This document shows, in pieces, positions 57,062 through 64,000 of a DNA stretch of 64,000 nt. Within the stretch, counting starts at the first letter, position 1, and the number at the start of each line of letters is the position of its first letter. The position numbers were made by a program, and so were the translations under genes. The stretch comes from Eledone cirrhosa. Taxonomy: Eukaryota. The DNA is taken from the NCBI GenBank assembly GCA_964016885.1, contig OZ024759.1, forward strand, positions 20,212,001-20,276,000. The letters are read 5' to 3'. Under the pieces are notes generated by a model. The model worked only from the letters and a program-made list of their open reading frames with translations, was not told where the DNA came from and did not search any database.

Positions 57062-57132
57062 TTTTGTCTGACGAATGAGCTAGATGTTTCTTACAAGAGT
57101 CATCTAGTTTCTTGAAACCTTTGGTAATGAAA
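57062..57132 (+). ncRNA. Type I hammerhead (family D variant)
   Basis: TTTTGT CTGACGA AT GAGCTAGATG...CATCTAGTTT CTT GAAA CC TTT GG TA ATGAAA. Confidence 0.8.
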
Positions 57133-57414
57133 TAATTATATTGTGTTGTTTATTATGTAAAAAAACTATATATATATAAACAAGATGGTGTAGGACAGAA
57201 CAAAGGAGAGACACACCAAATAAAAACCTAGTCACTGAGGAGGTCACAGAGTGTGTGACAAAAGAGATTTGATAATATATAAACTACCTTCCGGTTATCG
57301 AACCAACCAACCAACTAACCAACCGGAAATTTATAACAAATTGAAGTGAAAACCAACAGGTGCATGTGTTTTTATTGGCAACATGACCCTCCCAAAGTAT
57401 AACAATATATATAT

Positions 57415-57607
57415 ATATAGAAAAGGCTTCTACAGGTCTAGAACTGTTTCATTCAGGAGAAAACATCGGGGCTTCCTGATGTTTTCTCCCAAATGAAACA
57501 GTTCTAGTCCTGTAGAAGCCTTTTCTATATTAAATATTTATACTCTGCTGCATTGTATTGAGTACCTTACTTACTGTGGTTACCCCCGATTAAACCCGGG
57601 ATAAACT
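57415..57607. mobile_element. Inverted duplication with tail (family E, decayed HHR core)
   Basis: Arms 57415-57470 and 57475-57530; core reads CTGATGT...GAAACAG; tail similar to 19346-19440 on the minus strand. Confidence 0.55.
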
Positions 57608-57612
57608 TATAT

Positions 57613-57878
57613 ATCACCTTGATCACCTTGACTGACCAGCCTGTTGGGTGCCAATCGGCGCCGCTGGTCACAACACGTCGTGCTGTTTTAGCCATAAGAT
57701 AATGCCACCCCACTGGCTGGGTGGGCAGGCCGGTACTCATTTCTACAACTGAGTAAACTGGAGCAACGTGAAATAAAGTTTCTTGCTCAAGGAAACAACA
57801 CATCACCCGGTCCGAGAATTGAACTCACAAGCTTTTGGTTGCATGCCCAATGCTTTAACCACTAAGCCATGCGCCTTC
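57613..57878 (-). mobile_element. CORE-type SINE with a third tail type
   Basis: Same head and CORE as 57940-58080 but an unrelated tail ending in (TCAAGGTGA)2. Confidence 0.75.
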
Positions 57879-57908
57879 ACATTAAAAACTTATATATATA
57901 TATGTATG

Positions 57909-57939
<31 letters not shown>

Positions 57940-58276
57940 GAAGGCGCATGGCTTAGTGGTTAGAGCATTGGCCTTGCAATCGAAAGGTTGTGAGTTCAAT
58001 TCTCAGACCGGGTGATGTGTTGTTTCCTTGAACAAGACACTTTATTTCACATTGCACCAGTTTACTCAGCTGTAGAAATGAGATGATAGGGACTGGGGTC
58101 CCTATCATTCCACTGCAAAGTGGTCATGTAGGTGCCACGGAAAAAAAGCACCCAGCATTCACTGTAAATGAGGTTGGTGTTAGGAAGGGCATCCAGCTGT
58201 AGAAATCAAGCCAGAATCAGTTCCCGTCCCACCCTAACAAGCAGGGATAAAGCAGACATAAAATAATGATGATGAT
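57940..58276 (+). mobile_element. Full-length CORE-type tRNA SINE with RTE tail
   Basis: A box TGGCTTAGTGG, B box GAGTTCAATTC, CORE-like domain, tail shared with the RTE LINE at 31807-32271. Confidence 0.85.
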
Positions 58277-58377
58277 ATATATTTATATATATATGTATAT
58301 ATATATATGTATATATATGTATATATGTATATATATATATGTATATATATAAATATGCATATATATATATATGTATG

Positions 58378-58449
<72 letters not shown>

Positions 58450-58774
58450 CATATATATATATATAACTTTATCAAATCTGGAGATGTGTCATGTATCAAG
58501 TCTCTGAGATAATTGAGTTGCTCCATCTTTATGGCAATGACCTCATATTACCTATCTTGTTTGACTTACTGTTTAAAGAATGAGGCGGCACCCATGGTCC
58601 TCTTTAGCTGCACAGATAATGTGCTCACAATTATTGCTCACTGTCTGGACACATGCTTGTATATATACTGCACACGTACTCTGTGTATATATATATATAG
58701 TACACATACTGCATATGCACTGCACATGTATTGTGTGTATACAGTACACATACTATATACATATGATGCACATA

Positions 58775-58809
<35 letters not shown>

Positions 58810-59545
58810 ACACATACACTGTATACATATTGCATATATGCTGCACACAAACTTTATATTTACAGTATACTTACTGTATCTATACTGCATACATACTATG
58901 CATATACTACATATATACTGTACATATAGTACATGTTACATATTTACTGTACACAAACTGCACACATAATGCGTATATTTTGCACATGCTTTGTACACAT
59001 AATGCACAGATACTGCATCTGTACCATACATATATTACATATATACTGTACATATAGTACATATTTCATATTTATAGTGCATATATTTTACACATTCTTT
59101 GTACATATACTGCACACATGCAGCATACATTCTATACATATATTACATATATAGTATACTGCATTCACACATACAGATAGTACACATAGCACATATTTAC
59201 AGTGCATACACTGCATACATAGTACATATTTACAGTGCATACACTGCATACATAGTGTATATATTTTAAACATTCTTTGTACACACACTGCACACATACA
59301 GCATACAGACTATACATGTATTACATACATACTGCACATATAGCACACATGTTACATATTTACAGTGCACACACTGCACACATAGTGCATATATTTTGCA
59401 CATCCTTTGTACATATACTGCACAGATATGCATGCATAGTAGACATATATTACATATGTATAGTGCATATACTGCACAAATAGTGCATATATTTTGTACA
59501 CATACTGCACACACACACACTGCACATATGTATATACACACATTT

Positions 59546-59586
<41 letters not shown>

Positions 59587-60021
59587 GTGTCTGTGTGCAA
59601 AAACACTGAACATATTGTTCAAACTTCACGCATCTGCTGCATACACTCACTGCACAGGTGCATATATGCACACATTGCACTTACTGCACTCTGATTAACT
59701 ACTTGGCTGTTGTCTGGTGCATTTGGTGCATAAACATACATAAAAAACTATATACATTATGCATTTTTATGCATAATGTATATAGTTTTTTTAAATAATA
59801 GTTATTTGAAACTATATATATACATATATATATATACATGTGTGTGTGTATGTGTGTATACACAAATGTGTATATATCATCATCATCATCATCATCATCA
59901 TCATTTTACATTCGCTTTTCCCTGCTTGCAAGGGTGGGACATATGTGTATGTATACACATATAAATATGTAAATATGTTTATATATATATATATACATAT
60001 ATATGCGTGTGTATATATATA

Positions 60022-60085
<64 letters not shown>

Positions 60086-60365
60086 TATAAGCAAAAGGGA
60101 TATTTAATTTGTTGGTAATTCAACAAATATATATATTTAGAACTGATTCATATATATATATCCTAATAATTATTTAAATGTACCTAGCGTCTAAAAATAA
60201 CGTTTTTTTCAGCCCTATACCTCAACCTCATTTGCATAATCATCTTAATAATTTGAAATATTTGATTTTTTCTCTCTTTCCCCTCTTTCCTTTTACTATC
60301 CAGGAAAAACTTGAACCGTTAAGATCTCCTTCCTGGTTATGTCAATATTTATAATACAAACTTTG

Positions 60366-60426
60366 TATTTTATCTGATGAGAGCGTACCAAAGTTTTGAT
60401 ACATTTGAAATATATATCATAGAATA
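60366..60426 (+). ncRNA. Type I hammerhead (family A, diverged)
   Basis: TATTTTAT CTGATGA GAGCGTACCAAA...TTTGATACATTT GAAA TATATA TC ATAGAATA; flanks align with 3625-3715. Confidence 0.7.
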
Positions 60427-60576
60427 AATATGCTTTTATAAATTTAGTTGGTGTGCGTTTTTTGTTTTTTTTTCAGTCAAAATGTTTTTGTTTTTTTTAA
60501 ATAGACATTTATTAACAACATATATCTGAATGATTGTCAAACGTCACATCAATAAACTGGTAATCCCATCTAGTAT

Positions 60577-60773
60577 TGAAGTTATGAACTGTCGGAAACA
60601 AGTTCATAACTTTGAAGCTATGAACTGTTGGAAACAGGTTCATAACTTTGAAGCTATGAACTGTTGGAAACAGGTTCATAACTTTGAAGTTATGAACTGT
60701 TGGAAACAGGTTCATAACTTTGAAGTTATAAACTGTTGGAAACAAGTTCATAACTTTGAAGCTATGAACTGTT
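60577..60773. repeat. 36-bp palindromic tandem repeat, about 5.5 units
   Basis: TGAAG(C/T)TATGAACTGTTGGAAACA(G/A)GTTCATAACTT, with no spacers. Confidence 0.9.
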
Positions 60774-61427
60774 GTAAAAGAGTCCAAACATGTTAGGATG
60801 AGTTATCTTGTCAACGGCACTGGAAGTATATGTTAGGACGAGTTAACTCGTCTACAGCACTGAAGAGGTTAATTGCAAAACCAACACCATGAGGCAAACC
60901 TTTCCAAAAGAAAGTGTAACCTAATGGCTTTCAGTAAGTTCGCAATCTCCAGGTAGACGTGCCTTTGATACTACAATGCCCAGATCACATTTAACAATTT
61001 CTTTTGCAATTAATTCTGTGTAACATTCTGCTTTATCAGACTTATTGTTGTTGAAGTGAGTACTTACATTCCAACAAGCAAACTTTATACGGACCCTAGG
61101 TTTTTTTGTGGGGAGGTTGATTGTTTGTGTTTGTCGTAGTAGCAGGATGATGACTGCGGCACCCTCCGGTGCCTGCTAGGCTGGGCTGGGCTAGACATAG
61201 TCACCAGAATATCCAAAGTCCTTTCTGCCATTTACTGATTTTGGATGAGACATTTCAATGAAAATTCTGGATGCATTTTTAGGTTACAGCTAACCCCTCA
61301 TTACAATCTTAAATAACGCGGAAAGTGTGCAAGAAGTATGATTAACGTCATGTTTCTGCCTGTTGGGTGTTTGATTATTTTGTATTCCGTGTATATATAT
61401 ATATATATAGTGTATATATATATATAT

Positions 61428-61646
61428 GAAGGCGTGTGGCTGAGTGGTTAGAGAATTGGATTCGCATTCGTAAGGTTGTGAGTTCGATTCCTGGACCAGG
61501 CGATGCGTTATGTCCTTGAGCAAGACACTTTATTTCACGTTGCTCCTTCTACCTGGAGTTGCGACCGATAGATAGTATTAGCAATTGGAAAGACCAACGG
61601 AAACATTGTTCCCTCGGTCCGATTTGACGAAAGTCGATCGTCCTTT
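61428..61646 (+). mobile_element. CORE-type SINE, fourth 3' region
   Basis: tRNA head with GAGTTCGATTCC, CORE-like GTCCTTGAGCAAGACACTT, then unrelated sequence to (TA)n. Confidence 0.65.
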
Positions 61647-61783
61647 ATATATATATATATATATATATATAGGAAAAAGTATGACCTCGACGGCAGAGCT
61701 CAAGCCGTTTCGACGGCTATTTCTGGACTCAGAAATAGCCGTTCAAACGGCTTGATCTCTGCCGTCGGGGTCATACTTTTTCC

Positions 61784-61816
<33 letters not shown>

Positions 61817-61914
61817 CAAAATAATCAAACACCCAACAGGCAGAAACGTAACGTTAATCAAATTGTAATACGTGACATTTAATAACCAATCAAAATACCA
61901 GAGAAGCTTTATAT

Positions 61915-61954
<40 letters not shown>

Positions 61955-62241
61955 CCATATATGTGTATATGAATGTACATATGTGTGTATATATATATAT
62001 GGATGTATATATACACACACATCCATATATGTATATATATATGGATGTATATATATATATACACACACACGTTCATTCATACCACACGTCAATGAGAGTT
62101 ATTCTGGTTTTATATATGTATATATATTCCACCAGAATGACTCTTCTTGATGTGTGGTATGTACGTATATATATACATATATATATACATACACGTGTAT
62201 AATTGCGTTTGTGGGTGCAGATTCTATCTCTCTCTATATAG

Positions 62242-62279
<38 letters not shown>

Positions 62280-62671
62280 CAAATAAAATAAACACACACA
62301 AACAAACAAAAATGATAAAGTTAAAACAAATAAACAAATAAAAAATAAATATCTCTGTTATTTTCTCCCCCCCCCCCCCCTCTCCCTTTTCCCTCCCCCT
62401 CTCTTTCTCTCTCTCCCCTTCTTTCTCTCTTTCAGAATAATTTTAGCTGCAAGAAACCGAGTTTTCTTCTTTTTTCTGGGAGTATGGATGAGTCCGTAGA
62501 CGTTCGGTCTGCTGCCAAATGTGTGTACACTTCCTATCGTCTGCCCCCCCCCCTCCCCCACATATATATATATATATATATATATATGACTTCATTCTAC
62601 AGACTTAGACGCTGAGTCACATTTTCGTTTTGTCTCATTTCGTTTTATTTTTGTTATCCCCAGACTAAAAA

Positions 62672-63490
62672 TCACTGAGAAGTTCTTTTTACTATAACCT
62701 TGTCGCTTCGGCCACACTCCAGGTTAAGGGCCGAAATATTTCCTTGCGGTGCGGTGTGGAGAGGAAGGGTGGTTAAGGGTTCCTCTCTGAAGACATTTTG
62801 CTGCCCATCTGTCCTGAGAGTTGCTTGCTTGCAGTGGGCGGGGAGGGGTGATGAGGGGTCCTTCTCTGAAGACGTTTTGCTGTCCAGCTGTGTTGAAAGT
62901 TTCCTACCACTGAATAGGTTTTTTTTACTATAACCATGTTGCTTCGGCCTCAATCTAAGTTAAGGGCCGATATATTTGATTGCGGCAGGGCGGAGAGGGG
63001 TAGTGAGGGATCCTTCTCTGAAGCCCTTCTGCTGTCCAACTCACCTGAGATGTTCTTATCACTGAAAAGTTCGTTTCTATTACATAACCTTGTCGCTTCG
63101 GCCACAATCCAAGTTAAGGTCTAAAATACTTGCCTACGATGGGGAGGGAGTCATTCTCTGAAGAGCATCTGTTGTCCAGTTGTCCTGAGATTTTATCATA
63201 ACTGAAACATTTTTTGTTATAACCTTGTCGCTTTGTCCACAATCCTGGGGCCCTGTGGAGCGGAAGTTATCTAACAAATATCGGGAGTTTGATCGACTTC
63301 TTTCATTTTTATACTGGTCATCGTTGTAACCTCCAGTGACCTAGGCCCTGGGACTTTGACAGAGGTGCCAAAGATATCAGAATAAAAGGGTTTTGATCGA
63401 CTTCTTATTTATACTGGTCTCTGTCGTGATCTCCGGGATCCTTGGTCAACTGAGAGCCACAGAGGTGCCAAAGACATCCAAATATCGAGG
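62672..63490. repeat. Diverged GC-richer tandem duplications (four ~135-235 bp units and two to three ~110-bp units)
   Basis: TAACCTTGTCGCTTCGGCCAC-like anchors near 62695, 62931, 63085 and 63220; GATCGACTTC at 63291 and 63395; ACAGAGGTGCCAAAGA at 63359 and 63459. Confidence 0.8.
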
Positions 63491-63538
63491 ACTTGGCCTG
63501 TAACGGCGTTGTTTCATGGTGTGCGCAACAATAATCTT

Positions 63539-63621
63539 TTCATGCGTGATTTGGTTAAATGGACCAATCGTAAGTCACGCATGAATATCAACACCTTCCG
63601 CCCAAACAAATATTTTGGCGC
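63539..63621. promoter_or_regulatory. Candidate promoter motif cluster
   Basis: Inverted TTCATGCGTGA/TCACGCATGAA, CCAAT 63564-63568, GC box CCGCCC 63598-63603 and E2F-like TTTGGCGC 63614-63621 in CpG-retaining, microsatellite-free DNA. Confidence 0.4.
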
Positions 63622-63938
63622 CTCTTTTGTTTCACTTTACTAGTTGCTGCTTTGACATCAAGAAGCTAACATCCATTTTTCTTTGCCGTGTCCGCACCAA
63701 GCAAAAATGTAACGGTAAATTAAAACTTCAGCCCGATCGGCGATATGTCAGTGAGGAACCGCTTTATTTGCATATAACACTTACTTTTGTTTATTCTCTT
63801 TTATTGGCATGCCAGCTTAACATTTTATAAACCTGATCCGGTTGTAAATAAATAATGTAAAAAGTTATAAAGTCTTCTGATAATTCAGCCATCAACGAAT
63901 CTTGCATACACACATAAAAACATAACATTGGATGTGAT

Positions 63939-63985
63939 ATGGGAAAATCATTTCCCCAAGGTTCTATCGTTTTCCACGAAGACAA
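63939..63985 (+). CDS. Possible first coding exon of an unidentified gene
   Basis: ATG after an in-frame stop, MGKSFPQGSIVFHED, then donor AA|GTGAGT at 63986; no homology recognised. Confidence 0.25.
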
Positions 63986-64000
63986 GTGAGTATAACATTT

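Noticed and set aside
57940-58012. tRNA gene
   Set aside because: The tRNA-like A and B boxes continue into a CORE domain and LINE tail and recur many times; this is a SINE head.
60577-60773. CRISPR-like 36-bp palindromic repeats
   Set aside because: No spacers, no cas genes, eukaryotic context.

Overview
Eukaryotic, AT-rich and very microsatellite-rich DNA. The repeat set (tRNA-head CORE-type and Meta-type SINEs, RTE/CR1 LINEs, long (TA)n tracts) suggests an octopus or other cephalopod genome; this is inference. Almost all ORFs in the supplied track are microsatellite artefacts. The only host gene I can support is a HEAT-repeat (HEATR4-like) gene on the + strand: one internal exon (1090-1279) and a phase-compatible terminal exon (55040-55247), apparently separated by one ~53.8 kb intron. 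A possible promoter and first exon lie at the far right end. The main discovery is about 20 type I hammerhead ribozyme (HHR) motifs, intact or decayed, in at least 6 sequence families. They sit in short non-coding cassettes that mostly end in (TA)n, are often duplicated as asymmetric inverted repeats, and share a 3' tail motif. This matches Penelope-like element pseudo-LTR or retrozyme architecture, but no Penelope RT/GIY-YIG ORF is visible. Several HHRs lie in the sense orientation inside the giant intron. Also present: piggyBac-, mariner- and hAT-type MITEs (two seeding tandem arrays), a decayed maT-like Tc1/mariner transposase and several minisatellites. All coordinates and base pairings were read by eye; family names come from remembered consensus motifs, not database searches.
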